Positions 20,321 to 29,738 of a stretch of DNA of 64,000 nt are shown piece after piece. The notes beneath the pieces were generated by a model. That model had not been told where the DNA came from, did not search any database, and saw nothing but the letters and a program-made list of their open reading frames with translations. Within the stretch, counting starts at the first letter, position 1. The number at the start of each line of letters is the position of its first letter. Source of the DNA: Desulfurococcaceae archaeon (lineage in GTDB: Archaea > Thermoproteota > Thermoprotei_A > Sulfolobales > Desulfurococcaceae); the NCBI GenBank assembly GCA_038816475.1, contig JAWBAI010000007.1:10142-74141 (forward strand), given 5' to 3'. The translations under genes and the position numbers were made by a program.

Positions 20321-21349
20321 ATGCTTAGGGTTCTATACTTGTCCGACTCTGCCTATATGCATAATCCAAGCTTTAATCACCCGGAAAACCCTAAGCGTGT
20401 TCAAAGGGTCATGAACACCCTTAGGAATCTGGGGTTTTCATGGGAAGACATTACAACTACGAGTGTTGATCGCGGCGAATCCTTGAAACTTGCTGAGAGA
20501 ATCCACGCTAAAGGCTACTTGGAGTACCTAGTAAAGCTATCTCAGAAAGCTCCAGCACTAGTAGATGAAGACACGTACTTTTCAAAAGATTCTCTTGAGC
20601 TAGCTCTCTCAGCTTTCTACTACTCGTACTCAGTAGCCTTAAGTAGCAGTAGAACACCTGTGTTCATAGTTCTCCGTCCACCTGGACACCACGCTGGTAA
20701 AGGAGGTAAAGCCATGGGAGCATCAACTCAGGGTTTCTGCTTACTAAACAACGCTGCAGCTGCTGTTCTTGGTTTCGAGGATGCAGGCTTTAAGAACATC
20801 GCAGTTGTGGACTTCGACGCTCACCATGGAAACGGGACAATGGAAATATTCTACAAAATGAGGATCCTTCAGCTCGACTTACACCAGGACCCCGACACCT
20901 TATACCCCCACACCGGCTATCCAGATCAGCTGGGTGAAGGCGAGGGTTTCGGGTACAAGTTAAACTTGATCCTACCACCCAGCAGTGGTGACGACTTATT
21001 CACTGTTCTTGTGAGCAAAGTTCAAAGTGCACTAGAGCATTACGCGCTGGAGGCCCTTGTGATATCGGCAGGTTTCGATGGCTATATCAACGATGGACTC
21101 GCAGATCTGAGTCTGACGGAGGTATCATACTACAGTATAGGTAGAGTTCTCGCTGAGTTAGAGGTACCAACTGTAGTAATGTTCGAGGGAGGCTATGGAA
21201 TTGGGCTGGAAAGAGGTGTACGGGCGTTCGTTGAGGGTCTTGCTCGTGTTGAAAAGCAGTACAAGGTAACAACGAGAACACCCCCGCTCCTCTACAGGAA
21301 AGCAGTGGAAACAGCCGGTAGAGTGCTTTCGAAAATGCGTGTCAGGTAA
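20321..21349 (+). CDS. Histone deacetylase family protein
   Basis: HPENPKR, RPPGHHA, GFCLLNN, DFDAHHGNGT, SAGFD, EGGY. Confidence 0.95.
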   Translation: MLRVLYLSDSAYMHNPSFNHPENPKRVQRVMNTLRNLGFSWEDITTTSVDRGESLKLAERIHAKGYLEYLVKLSQKAPALVDEDTYFSKDSLELALSAFYYSYSVALSSSRTPVFIVLRPPGHHAGKGGKAMGASTQGFCLLNNAAAAVLGFEDAGFKNIAVVDFDAHHGNGTMEIFYKMRILQLDLHQDPDTLYPHTGYPDQLGEGEGFGYKLNLILPPSSGDDLFTVLVSKVQSALEHYALEALVISAGFDGYINDGLADLSLTEVSYYSIGRVLAELEVPTVVMFEGGYGIGLERGVRAFVEGLARVEKQYKVTTRTPPLLYRKAVETAGRVLSKMRVR

Positions 21350-21944
21350 GAACCGGAGTGGATGTACTGTGCTAGAAGAGGAGGTTAAACTCGAGGTAAT
21401 GGACCCTGGCTATGCGAGGAAAACCTTGGCGGAATCGGGCTTTAAGTTCGTTAAAGTATGTACTGAAGTTGACACGTATTTTGCACACCCGTGCAAGGAT
21501 CTCGCTTCAACGGATGAAGCTCTAAGACTACGAAAAAGAATTTGCAACGATGAGGAGAGCTTCGTATTAACCTACAAAGGACCCAGACTTGGTGTGAGCA
21601 AGGAGATTAAGATCAGAGAGGAGATAGAGGTTCGTGTGGCACGTGATGTTCTAGAAGCCTTAAGCCAGATCCTAACTAAGCTCGGATTCATAAGCATACT
21701 GTCCTTCTCCAAGATCAGGGAGATCTACGAGGCTAGTGATGTGCTAGCGTACCTTGACTACATACATGGTTTAGGCTACTTTCTCGAGTTTGAAGCTAGA
21801 ACTGAGATAGGCAAGCAGCTCATCAGAGGCATCTTGAATAGCTCTTTCGGGAACGCTAGAATTGTTGAAGAAACGTACCTCGAGATGTGTTTAAGAACTA
21901 AAAAATGCCAGGTTAATACCGAGATCAACGGGAGGGCGTTTTAA
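21339..21944 (+). CDS. Class IV adenylate cyclase / CYTH-domain protein
   Basis: EEEVK (ExExK), DTYF.HP, DEALRLR, LTYKGP, REEIE, LGYFLEFE. Confidence 0.9.
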   Translation: MSGKNRSGCTVLEEEVKLEVMDPGYARKTLAESGFKFVKVCTEVDTYFAHPCKDLASTDEALRLRKRICNDEESFVLTYKGPRLGVSKEIKIREEIEVRVARDVLEALSQILTKLGFISILSFSKIREIYEASDVLAYLDYIHGLGYFLEFEARTEIGKQLIRGILNSSFGNARIVEETYLEMCLRTKKCQVNTEINGRAF

Positions 21945-21945
21945 C

Positions 21946-22587
21946 ATGTCAACGCAGTATAAACACTACAATTACGTAACGAGATTAATATATGAAAAAG
22001 TGGTTAATGAGCAGATCAGCAGAATAGAGGAGCTGAAGAACCCCGATGTAGTCTACGTCACGGACCTCGTGTTCTGCACGCACAAGTTCCACTTAAAGAA
22101 GAACTATCCTTGGTTGTCTATTTCCTTTGAACCCTCAGCAATTCTCGGAAGCATTGCTCACTGGGGTTTAGAAAGGGTTTTAGCCGAAAAGGGTCTAGTA
22201 GCTGAATTTGATGTACAAACTGAGGTAGAAGTTCAGGGTAAAAAATACATGCTTAAGGGCCGCGTAGACGCGATAGACGTGAGCAACAGAGTAGTAATAG
22301 AGGTTAAAACTGCTAGATCCGCTGTAAACTTGCCCAAGGAACATCACGTTAAGCAGCTGAACATATATCTCAACATGCTGAAGTACGAGAAAGGGATCCT
22401 AGTTTACATTACTCCGATCAAGCTCGTGGAGTATGTAATTGAGTCAAGTAGCTTAAGCCTTGAAGACGAAATAAGAGACCTTATCGAGGACAAGTACCAC
22501 CCCAGGTATCCCTGGGAATGTAAGTACTGCGAGTTCTCAAAGCTTTGTCCATACTACCAGGAAGCCGAGGAGTGGGAGAAAGGGTAA
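21946..22587 (+). CDS. cas4: Solo Cas4-family PD-(D/E)XK nuclease with 4Fe-4S cysteines
   Basis: VTDLVFC, GRVDAID, IEVKT, QLNIY, ECKYC..SKLC. No CRISPR array or other cas genes in the window. Confidence 0.88.
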   Translation: MSTQYKHYNYVTRLIYEKVVNEQISRIEELKNPDVVYVTDLVFCTHKFHLKKNYPWLSISFEPSAILGSIAHWGLERVLAEKGLVAEFDVQTEVEVQGKKYMLKGRVDAIDVSNRVVIEVKTARSAVNLPKEHHVKQLNIYLNMLKYEKGILVYITPIKLVEYVIESSSLSLEDEIRDLIEDKYHPRYPWECKYCEFSKLCPYYQEAEEWEKG

Positions 22588-22623
22588 TTAGGTGGTGTAG
22601 AGAAGAGCACACTTGGATGCGTT

Positions 22624-22678
22624 TAATGATGAGCGCTCGGGTTGGCCGATCCGTGACGAAGGTCTTGAGTTCTGAGCT
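22624..22678 (+). ncRNA. C/D-box methylation guide sRNA
   Basis: C ATGATGA 22626-32, 13-nt guide, D' CCGA 22646-49, C' GTGACGA 22653-59, 12-nt guide, D CTGA 22672-75; intergenic. Confidence 0.88.
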
Positions 22679-22764
22679 CTGAACGCTAACAGTTCGCTTT
22701 CGAATCTCTTAGATTAAGACAGAAGCAGTATCCGAAGTAAGTATGGAGGTGTTGAACACGCGTT

Positions 22765-23589
22765 CTAACTGAGCACTCTCATTATAAGCGTATCTCCCTG
22801 TTTAACTCCCAGCTTTTCGGATGCATTACCTTTGTTAACTGCGAGTTCGAGGTAATCCCAAGAGTTCACGTAGCAGGCGAGCTCTCCCTCTGGTACTCTG
22901 CTGAAGCTTGCCTCGTATGTGCAGGTATGTATGGATGTGCTTGTTTCCACGTTAATTTTCGAGCCATAAACTAGGTTTAGTGCTACGAGCTCATCGGCAC
23001 TAACATTGGTCATCACGTTTCCGTAGACATCTACGTAGAGAACACGTGCCTTGATCACTCTTTTGCCCGCGTCTATCACAGGCTTATCAAAGCTCAGTTT
23101 AACAAGACTATCATAGTCTATTTCAACACCAACATCGTCTAACGGAACACCCTTGCTCACCCAAGCTGCAACCGGCGCGAATATGTCTCTTCCGTGGAAG
23201 GTGTAGGATACCTTGGGTAGATTGTACTTTGTATCAGAGATATCGAAAACTCTTTTCACACCGTCCTTCTCAGCTAGCAGGGTTAAACAACCGTTGTCAG
23301 GTCCTATTAGAATGTAGTTCGTTGTCTCAATTAGTATAGCTTTCCTAGCACTACCTACACCTGGGTCTACGACAACGACGAATATTGTTCCACGTGGGTA
23401 GTACCTCGCTGATACAGCTAGCATGAGTGCAGCTTCAAGTACATTGTGTCGTTCGATACCATGAGTTAAGTCCACTATCTCGGCATCGGGGTTTATAGAC
23501 TTGATAACGCCCTTTACAACACCAACATAAGGGTCTCTGTAGCCGTAGTCAGTCATTAGTGCTATTAACCTACGCTCAGGCATTTTCAC
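22765..23589 (-). CDS. SAM hydroxide adenosyltransferase / chlorinase-fluorinase family (DUF62)
   Basis: LMTDYG..DPYVG, VDLTH, VVDPGVG, GPDNG, TFHGRDIFAP, DVYGN. Confidence 0.93.
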   Translation of the reverse strand: MKMPERRLIALMTDYGYRDPYVGVVKGVIKSINPDAEIVDLTHGIERHNVLEAALMLAVSARYYPRGTIFVVVVDPGVGSARKAILIETTNYILIGPDNGCLTLLAEKDGVKRVFDISDTKYNLPKVSYTFHGRDIFAPVAAWVSKGVPLDDVGVEIDYDSLVKLSFDKPVIDAGKRVIKARVLYVDVYGNVMTNVSADELVALNLVYGSKINVETSTSIHTCTYEASFSRVPEGELACYVNSWDYLELAVNKGNASEKLGVKQGDTLIMRVLS

Positions 23590-23631
23590 CCCTATTGTAA
23601 AGAGATATTTGGGCTGAAATAGATACAGTTA

Positions 23632-23703
23632 ACTAGCCGGGGATGGAGGCGACGGGCGGTCTGACGAGTGATGATTGTTGACGAGGTTAACCCGGCTACT
23701 AGT
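23632..23703 (+). ncRNA. Atypical C/D-box sRNA with a guide to 16S rRNA C1402 (E. coli numbering)
   Basis: Terminal stem TAGCCGGG/CCCGGCTA; GCGACGGGCGGT-CTGA is complementary to the conserved ACCGCCCGUCGC; internal GTGATGA at 23668-74. Confidence 0.8.
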
Positions 23704-23759
23704 CCGATGATTAGCAGCGGATAACCTGAGCAGTGATGCACCCAGGTTTCAGATGAGGA
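23702..23759 (+). ncRNA. Second, tandem C/D-box sRNA candidate
   Basis: C CCGATGA 23704-10, D' CTGA 23726-29, C' GTGATGC 23733-39, D ATGA 23753-56; guides of 15 and 13 nt. Confidence 0.6.
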
Positions 23760-23825
23760 GAATATTTTTCTTCTAGATATCGAGTTTGATTATTAGAGAA
23801 GTGCTAAGTTGAGGATGAACCGAAG

Positions 23826-24737
23826 TTGTCATCGGGAATTGCTACGAGGTGTTTACTCAAAAACGCGTGGTACTTGTCCAGCAGCGACTTCCACTATGGA
23901 TACGTCTTTCTGCACGGATCTAGAGTAGAGGACGTAGGTGAGGGCGATCCCTTGCCTGAGTACGAACTTGCAGAGCTTGTTTACGACTTTGAAGGGGACG
24001 CTTTGATCGTGCATGGTTACAGTTTGATCGTTGACATCGTAGAGTACGTTGTAAGAGGAATGAGTAACATAGATTTAAGCGTTTTCACAGACGAGGAGTT
24101 ACGCAAGCTAGCTAATGTGGGACTAGTAAACGCTTACATGAACGGAGTAACTGTGCCGGTAGCTAAAACCAGGTACTCCAAGATCGTGGCAGATGTTGCG
24201 CGGGAAAACGCTATGAGAGTCGGGTTGCTTGCTGAGCGTGGCACAGTCTCGAGAAACCCGTTCACTGTTCTACTGGAGGTGGACGATGGCTGGTTGTACT
24301 TCGAGGATAAGAGGCTAGGTGAGTATTCATCCATGGTATGCAAGCCTTACGAAGTACGCGAAACCTGTATCCTCGTGGATGCAAGAGGATACGGTAACAT
24401 AACCACGGCGATCGAGAACGTCTACTCTTATACTAGAAGCCCTGAGGTGGCGTTCAGACTATTGACAAACTTCTACCGTGTAGCTAACATAGACAACGGT
24501 TTCGTCGAGAGGAGATCAGCCTCTGACATCATAGTTTACGACCTGAAGAATCCACTTAAATCCATGCCTATAACAAGCAAAAAAGACCTATACTCGCTCT
24601 TAGCAAGATCACAGCAACCAGACATGGTGTTCATTGGTGGTGAAATATTCTACGAGCACGGCGAAAACCTAGCAATACCTGTTGTAAAAATAAACGAGCT
24701 TCTAAAAAGAAGAATCGCTACTTTAAAGCACGAGTAA
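23826..24737 (+). CDS. Degenerate amidohydrolase-like protein
   Basis: N- and C-terminal beta-sandwich signatures (LLKNAW, G.V...SDIIVYDL, VFIGGEI) but no HxH metal motif and a short core. Confidence 0.6.
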   Translation: MSSGIATRCLLKNAWYLSSSDFHYGYVFLHGSRVEDVGEGDPLPEYELAELVYDFEGDALIVHGYSLIVDIVEYVVRGMSNIDLSVFTDEELRKLANVGLVNAYMNGVTVPVAKTRYSKIVADVARENAMRVGLLAERGTVSRNPFTVLLEVDDGWLYFEDKRLGEYSSMVCKPYEVRETCILVDARGYGNITTAIENVYSYTRSPEVAFRLLTNFYRVANIDNGFVERRSASDIIVYDLKNPLKSMPITSKKDLYSLLARSQQPDMVFIGGEIFYEHGENLAIPVVKINELLKRRIATLKHE

Positions 24738-24871
24738 AACTTGGACGTTCTCAATGGTTTCCTCCATCTTATTCCTCCAGAGTAATTTCTCATGGGAACT
24801 CTACGCTGCATAGAAGTTAAGTCGATAAAACACGGATTTAAAAATCTCAAAGCCATAAAAAGTTAAACGAA

Positions 24872-24945
24872 GGGCCCGTAGCTCAGCTTGGTGGAGCGCC
24901 CGGCTGATAACCGGGAGGTCCGGGGTTCAAATCCCCGCGGGCCCA
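24872..24945 (+). tRNA. tRNA-Ile (GAU)
   Basis: Acceptor GGGCCCG/CGGGCCC-A, anticodon arm CCCGG-CTGATAA-CCGGG, T-loop GTTCAAATC; no intron, CCA not encoded. Confidence 0.97.
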
Positions 24946-25029
24946 TCACTCGGAAAAACCTAGGCTTGTTCACGCTCCTTAACGCTAGTTCGATTTTATT
25001 AACTAAACCGCGTATTCTATATCAAACTG

Positions 25030-26865
25030 GTGAGGGTATTGTACGGATGGTGGGGAAAGGTCCTCTACGTGGATTTGACTACTAAACGAGTTAAGGAGCT
25101 CAAGTTAGATCCCTCCTACTACACGGAGTATATTGGGGGCAGAGGGCTTGCCATCAGATTATTGTGGGACCTTAATCCACCAGGCGTTGACCCGTTCTCA
25201 CCCTATAACCATGTCGTCATAGCTACCGGGCCTCTCACAGCGTTGCCCATACCCAGTAGCGGCAAACTCCAAGTTGCTTCGAAAAGCCCCTTAACGGGTG
25301 GTTATGGTGATGGTAACCTTGGAACGATGGCAAGCTACCACCTGAAGCGAACGGGTTTCGACGCGATAGTAATCACGGGTTCCCTCAGAAAAACGGGTTA
25401 TATCTACGTAGAAAACGAGAAAGTCGAATTTCACGATGCAGAAGAACTTTCGGGTCTTGACACGTTCGAGACGGAGAAGAAGCTCGTTGAGAAGCATGGC
25501 AAGAACGTAGGCATTCTTACGATTGGACCAGCGGCTGAAAACCTGGTTCGCTATGCAACGGTTCTCTCGCAGAGAGGTAGAAGCGGTGGAAGACCAGGTA
25601 TAGGCGCGGTGCTTGGAAGCAAGAAGCTAAAAGCTATTGTCATAAAAGGCTCAAGAGACCCACCTGTAGCTGACATGAAGGAGCTGAGAAGACTAGCTGA
25701 GGAAGCCTACTCGAAAATCCTCAGGAGCGATAACTACGAGTTCTGGATTCGGCAGGGTACAATGGCTACGATAGTGTGGAGTCAGAAGAACAGTGTTCTA
25801 CCAACGATGAACTTTAGAGAGGGTGTTTGGGAGTACTATGAAACCATAAGCGGAGACTTGATGGAAAAGCTGAAAACAGCTAGGAGAGGTTGTCCTTACT
25901 GCAACATGCAATGTGGAAACGTTGTCTTGGACTTATCGATCGAGGAGAGCGAACTAGACTATGAAAACGTTGCAATGCTCGGGAGCAACATTCTAGTTGA
26001 AGACCTCAGGAGAGTAGCTGAGCTTAACAAGCTATGTGATAAGCTAGGGTTAGACACAATAAGCATGGGCAACGTGATAGGCTTCTACATGGAGGCAAGT
26101 GAGAGGAAGCTTGTAACGGAGAAAGTTGAATGGGGAGATTTTAGGGAAGCGAAGAGGCTCATCGAGGATACAGCCTACAGGAGAGGCCTTGGATCCTTCC
26201 TAGCTGAAGGAGTAATGAGAATGGTTAAAGCGTTGGGACCAGAAGCTCAGCAGTTCGCAATGCACGTTAAGGGACTAGAGGTTTCAGCGTACGATTGCCA
26301 TGCAGCACCAGCCATGGCGTTATCCTACGCAACTTCACCCATCGGGGCACACCACAAGGACGCATGGATCATAAGCTACGAGATTGCAACCGACAGACTT
26401 GGGTACACTCGGCAGAAGGTTGAAAGACTAGTTTTCCTGCAGGATGTTAGAGGTGGAATGTTCGAGTCGTTGACTACGTGTAGACTACCATGGGTTGAAG
26501 TTGGATTGGACCTAGACTACTACCCTCGCTTCCTCTCGGCTGTTACAGGCGTAACTTGGACTCTTGAAGACATCAGAACGGTTGCGCACAGAATATACAC
26601 CCTGATCAGAGCCTTCTGGGTGAGAGAAATGCAGGGATTCCAAAGGGACCTCGATATGCCGCCGGTAAGGTGGTTTAAGCAACCTCTAACCAAAGGACCA
26701 TACACAGGTGTAAAGCTAGACTACGACAAATACAACCAGATGCTAAGCTGGTACTATGAGCTGAGAGGCTGGAACGAGAAGGGTGTACCAAAGAAGGAAA
26801 CTCTGCGAAAGCTCAATCTTGAATTCACAATACCTGTTCTCGAAAAATTCGAATCTCTCGACTAA
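25030..26865 (+). CDS. Tungsten aldehyde:ferredoxin oxidoreductase family protein
   Basis: GGRG, SKSPLTG, GSKKLKA, C..C...C, DKLGLDTIS, HVKGLE, YYELRGW. Confidence 0.95.
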   Translation: MRVLYGWWGKVLYVDLTTKRVKELKLDPSYYTEYIGGRGLAIRLLWDLNPPGVDPFSPYNHVVIATGPLTALPIPSSGKLQVASKSPLTGGYGDGNLGTMASYHLKRTGFDAIVITGSLRKTGYIYVENEKVEFHDAEELSGLDTFETEKKLVEKHGKNVGILTIGPAAENLVRYATVLSQRGRSGGRPGIGAVLGSKKLKAIVIKGSRDPPVADMKELRRLAEEAYSKILRSDNYEFWIRQGTMATIVWSQKNSVLPTMNFREGVWEYYETISGDLMEKLKTARRGCPYCNMQCGNVVLDLSIEESELDYENVAMLGSNILVEDLRRVAELNKLCDKLGLDTISMGNVIGFYMEASERKLVTEKVEWGDFREAKRLIEDTAYRRGLGSFLAEGVMRMVKALGPEAQQFAMHVKGLEVSAYDCHAAPAMALSYATSPIGAHHKDAWIISYEIATDRLGYTRQKVERLVFLQDVRGGMFESLTTCRLPWVEVGLDLDYYPRFLSAVTGVTWTLEDIRTVAHRIYTLIRAFWVREMQGFQRDLDMPPVRWFKQPLTKGPYTGVKLDYDKYNQMLSWYYELRGWNEKGVPKKETLRKLNLEFTIPVLEKFESLD

Positions 26866-26892
26866 CGTTTTTACTCGGGGTTTTTCACCGAG

Positions 26893-27279
26893 TTGATTAC
26901 CATTGAAGGTAGGGTTATCAGTGGTGTTGGTGAAGGAGCGTATTACGTGGAAAAGTACAGTAGGCTTCTAGAGAAGGTACTTGGAGAACCACCATATCCC
27001 GGAACACTAAACGTTGAGCTCAACACATGCTTCTACGACTTGGTCAAGAAGATCGGGGTTCCACCGCTAGTGATTAAACCAGACCAGGAGGGGCTAGGCG
27101 TAGTGTATGTATACACAGGTAAGGTGAATGGTGTAAAAGTCTTAGTTCTGAAACCAGCTATTACACGGCACAAGTGCGAAATCGTGGAGCTTGTTTCAAG
27201 TAAGCACTTAAGACGTGAGCTTGAACTCAGGGACGGTGATGTTGTAAAAATAACTATTGAGGTTTTAACTAGGTCTTAG
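26893..27279 (+). CDS. ribK: CTP-dependent riboflavin kinase
   Basis: GRVISGVGEGAYY, PYPGTLN, LRRELELRDGD. Confidence 0.92.
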   Translation: MITIEGRVISGVGEGAYYVEKYSRLLEKVLGEPPYPGTLNVELNTCFYDLVKKIGVPPLVIKPDQEGLGVVYVYTGKVNGVKVLVLKPAITRHKCEIVELVSSKHLRRELELRDGDVVKITIEVLTRS

Positions 27280-28836
27280 AATGAACTGCTCTAGTTTAGC
27301 AATGTAGCTTTCAATGTTCATCGTGAGTTGCTCGGAAGCTCTGATGTAGATTACTCGGAGAAGCCACGGTGAAGCCAAGAAAGCTATGCCAAACACTATG
27401 AATGCTACTAGTATTACCAAGGCTAAGTTGGCAAGAGGCATACGTACTTCAGCAGGCTCAACAACGCGGAGTCCGAGAAGGATTACGTATAGCATTTTCA
27501 TGTAGGATATCAACCCAATAGCACTGGCCACCACCATCGCTATAGCGAACGCTATGTTGTACTCGAACAAGGCTTCGTAGAGAAGAAGCTTCGCCAGGAA
27601 ACCGGGTAGTGGTGGAACCCCAGCTAGCGTCAGCACAGAGAGCACTAGGGACAACCCAGCAACGCGGTACCTGGTTCCTAATCCAGCGAGCTTCTCCAGG
27701 TTTCTCGTTCCAGCAGCTTTTATGAATACACCAGCACTAAGGAATAACGTAGCTTTGGCCAGGGAGTGCATGGTCATGTAGAACAGTAGAGCGTTCAAAC
27801 CTTTTTCATTCGCGCAACCAGCAGCCATGAACAGATAACCAAGGTTCATTACCGTTGAATAAGCTATGAGCCTCTTGACATCCGTCTGAATGTACATTAG
27901 AAGCGCACCAATGATAGCTGATACGATACCTGTTGCGATCGCCAGTAGTGAAACAAAGTACTTTGCAGACCCGATTGCCGGTGGCAATGGGCTAGAAGGC
28001 GTACTCCAGGAAGCTATGTAAATAAACTTGTAAAGCCCTATGACGCCCGTGTTTACGACGAGCCCGCTGAGAAGCGCTGAGATCGGTGTTGGTGCTGCAG
28101 GGTGTGCATCAGGTAACCAGAAGTGGTTAGGGAAAACACCGCTCTTGATGCTAAAAGCCCAGAACGATACTAGCATGATCAACCCGTAGGCTACGTACAC
28201 TAGGGTTGTATCCATGGGGCTTCTAAGCTTCTGGGAGAGATCAGCAAAGTTCAGAGTTCCAAAAACACTGTAAGTTATTCCCATTGCTAGCAAGTACAGT
28301 GTAGTACCAAGTGCACCTATGAAGGCATACTTCAGGCCAGATACTATGGAGTCTGCTCTATTCATGTAGTACATGACTAACGCGTAGGATGATATAGCCG
28401 TAACCTCCAGCATTACGAACAGATTAAACATGTCACCTGTACAAATAACACCGAGTATTCCCGAGGATGCTCCAAGCAACAGTATTGAGTACCATGGGTA
28501 CCCTTGGTCCACTATGTAGTCTGTGCTGTAGATTGCTATGGCTAGTAGTATGAATGATGTAACGACAAGCAGTATGGCTGTAGGCATGTCGACCATGTAC
28601 ACTATTCCGATGGGTGCAGGCCACCCTGCAGCTCTGAACACCACGACCTGACGCTCCTGGAAAACGCTGACTGCTACGATAGTGCTAAAAGCGGTTACCA
28701 ACAGGAGTGCTAATATCGTTGAGGAGAAAACGAGTGCTCTGCTACGGGTTAACACGTAGATGATTGATACTAAGAACCCCATAAACGCCGGTATGAAAGG
28801 TATTAATCCTACGAGGATCTCCACCTGGGTGATCAT
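27265..28836 (-). CDS. Mrp/Mbh antiporter subunit D (MbhH-like)
   Basis: TGDMFNLFVMLE, KSGVFP.HFWLPDAHPAAP.PISALLSG, KRLIAYST. Confidence 0.93.
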   Translation of the reverse strand: MITQVEILVGLIPFIPAFMGFLVSIIYVLTRSRALVFSSTILALLLVTAFSTIVAVSVFQERQVVVFRAAGWPAPIGIVYMVDMPTAILLVVTSFILLAIAIYSTDYIVDQGYPWYSILLLGASSGILGVICTGDMFNLFVMLEVTAISSYALVMYYMNRADSIVSGLKYAFIGALGTTLYLLAMGITYSVFGTLNFADLSQKLRSPMDTTLVYVAYGLIMLVSFWAFSIKSGVFPNHFWLPDAHPAAPTPISALLSGLVVNTGVIGLYKFIYIASWSTPSSPLPPAIGSAKYFVSLLAIATGIVSAIIGALLMYIQTDVKRLIAYSTVMNLGYLFMAAGCANEKGLNALLFYMTMHSLAKATLFLSAGVFIKAAGTRNLEKLAGLGTRYRVAGLSLVLSVLTLAGVPPLPGFLAKLLLYEALFEYNIAFAIAMVVASAIGLISYMKMLYVILLGLRVVEPAEVRMPLANLALVILVAFIVFGIAFLASPWLLRVIYIRASEQLTMNIESYIAKLEQFILRPS

Positions 28837-28848
28837 CCGTGATCACCT

Positions 28849-29334
28849 CTAATCGAAGATCCTGGAAGCATGCTCTTCGAATTCTTCGCTAATCGCTTTT
28901 TTAGCTTCAAGAGGTTCAAATGTTGTTACGTTGATCCAGTTAACGTAGAAGTAGTTGTCTTTTTCGTCTACTACAACCGTTCCAGGGGTGTTCGTAATAG
29001 AGTTTGCAACGAGTAGCCTAGCGTACTTTGATTTCACATCTACGGGGACCTTAACTATACCTGGTTTCACTTCACCGGTGATTATTCTTTTAACAACATC
29101 CATGTGAGCTTTGAACTCTATGATGGTAATGTACTTTAAGAAATAGTAAACCAGGTAAAGGAATCGTTTAACGTCCATGAGCTTCCGATCGTCGGATACC
29201 AGGTAGTTTGATGCAGCAGCGCTCAGCAGGCCGGCAACTAGTCCTCCAGTTAATAGGGTGTAAGGTGAAAGAGAACCTGCAAACAGTACAAATACTGTAA
29301 ACAAGAGCAACCAAACAACAAGGTACCTGAACAC
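28849..29334 (-). CDS. Mrp antiporter subunit E (MbhA-like)
   Basis: PGIVKVP, ANSITNTPGT. Confidence 0.92.
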   Translation of the reverse strand: MFRYLVVWLLLFTVFVLFAGSLSPYTLLTGGLVAGLLSAAASNYLVSDDRKLMDVKRFLYLVYYFLKYITIIEFKAHMDVVKRIITGEVKPGIVKVPVDVKSKYARLLVANSITNTPGTVVVDEKDNYFYVNWINVTTFEPLEAKKAISEEFEEHASRIFD

Positions 29335-29732
29335 TACTCACTCACCTCCCCTATGACATACTTCACAGCTCTTCTAGCATCAGTCGTCTTTGTTAAGCGG
29401 TACAACTGTATTATTCCAAAGGCTATTAGTGCGTTAACAGCGAATCCTATGACTATACCTGTAAGCACTAGTGCTTGCGGCAAGGGGTCAACAGCGTGCT
29501 CCAGTAGTATGGTCACCTCTTCTTCGCTCCACGTAATGTACACTGGCGGTAGAACAGGGTGCTTGTAGATGAAACCGGTGAACACTATTGCTATGAACAC
29601 TGTATCAGAAAGTATCGTGAGTGAAATCAACTTCTTAACAAGGCTTCTGCGGTAAATTATCCCGTAGAGAGCCACAAGAGTGTTAATTGCTAGAACTATG
29701 ATTATTCCGACGTGAACGTAAGTTTCAATCAT
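29334..29732 (-). CDS. Mrp antiporter subunit C (MbhG-like)
   Basis: DPLPQALVLTGIVIG. Confidence 0.93.
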   Translation of the reverse strand: MIETYVHVGIIIVLAINTLVALYGIIYRRSLVKKLISLTILSDTVFIAIVFTGFIYKHPVLPPVYITWSEEEVTILLEHAVDPLPQALVLTGIVIGFAVNALIAFGIIQLYRLTKTTDARRAVKYVIGEVSE

Positions 29733-29738
29733 CCATGA

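Noticed and set aside
21946-22760. CRISPR array near cas4
   Set aside because: No regularly spaced direct repeats here or elsewhere in the window.
24888-25085. 65-aa ORF (and the 63-aa ORF at 31945-32136)
   Set aside because: Both are translations of tRNA genes.
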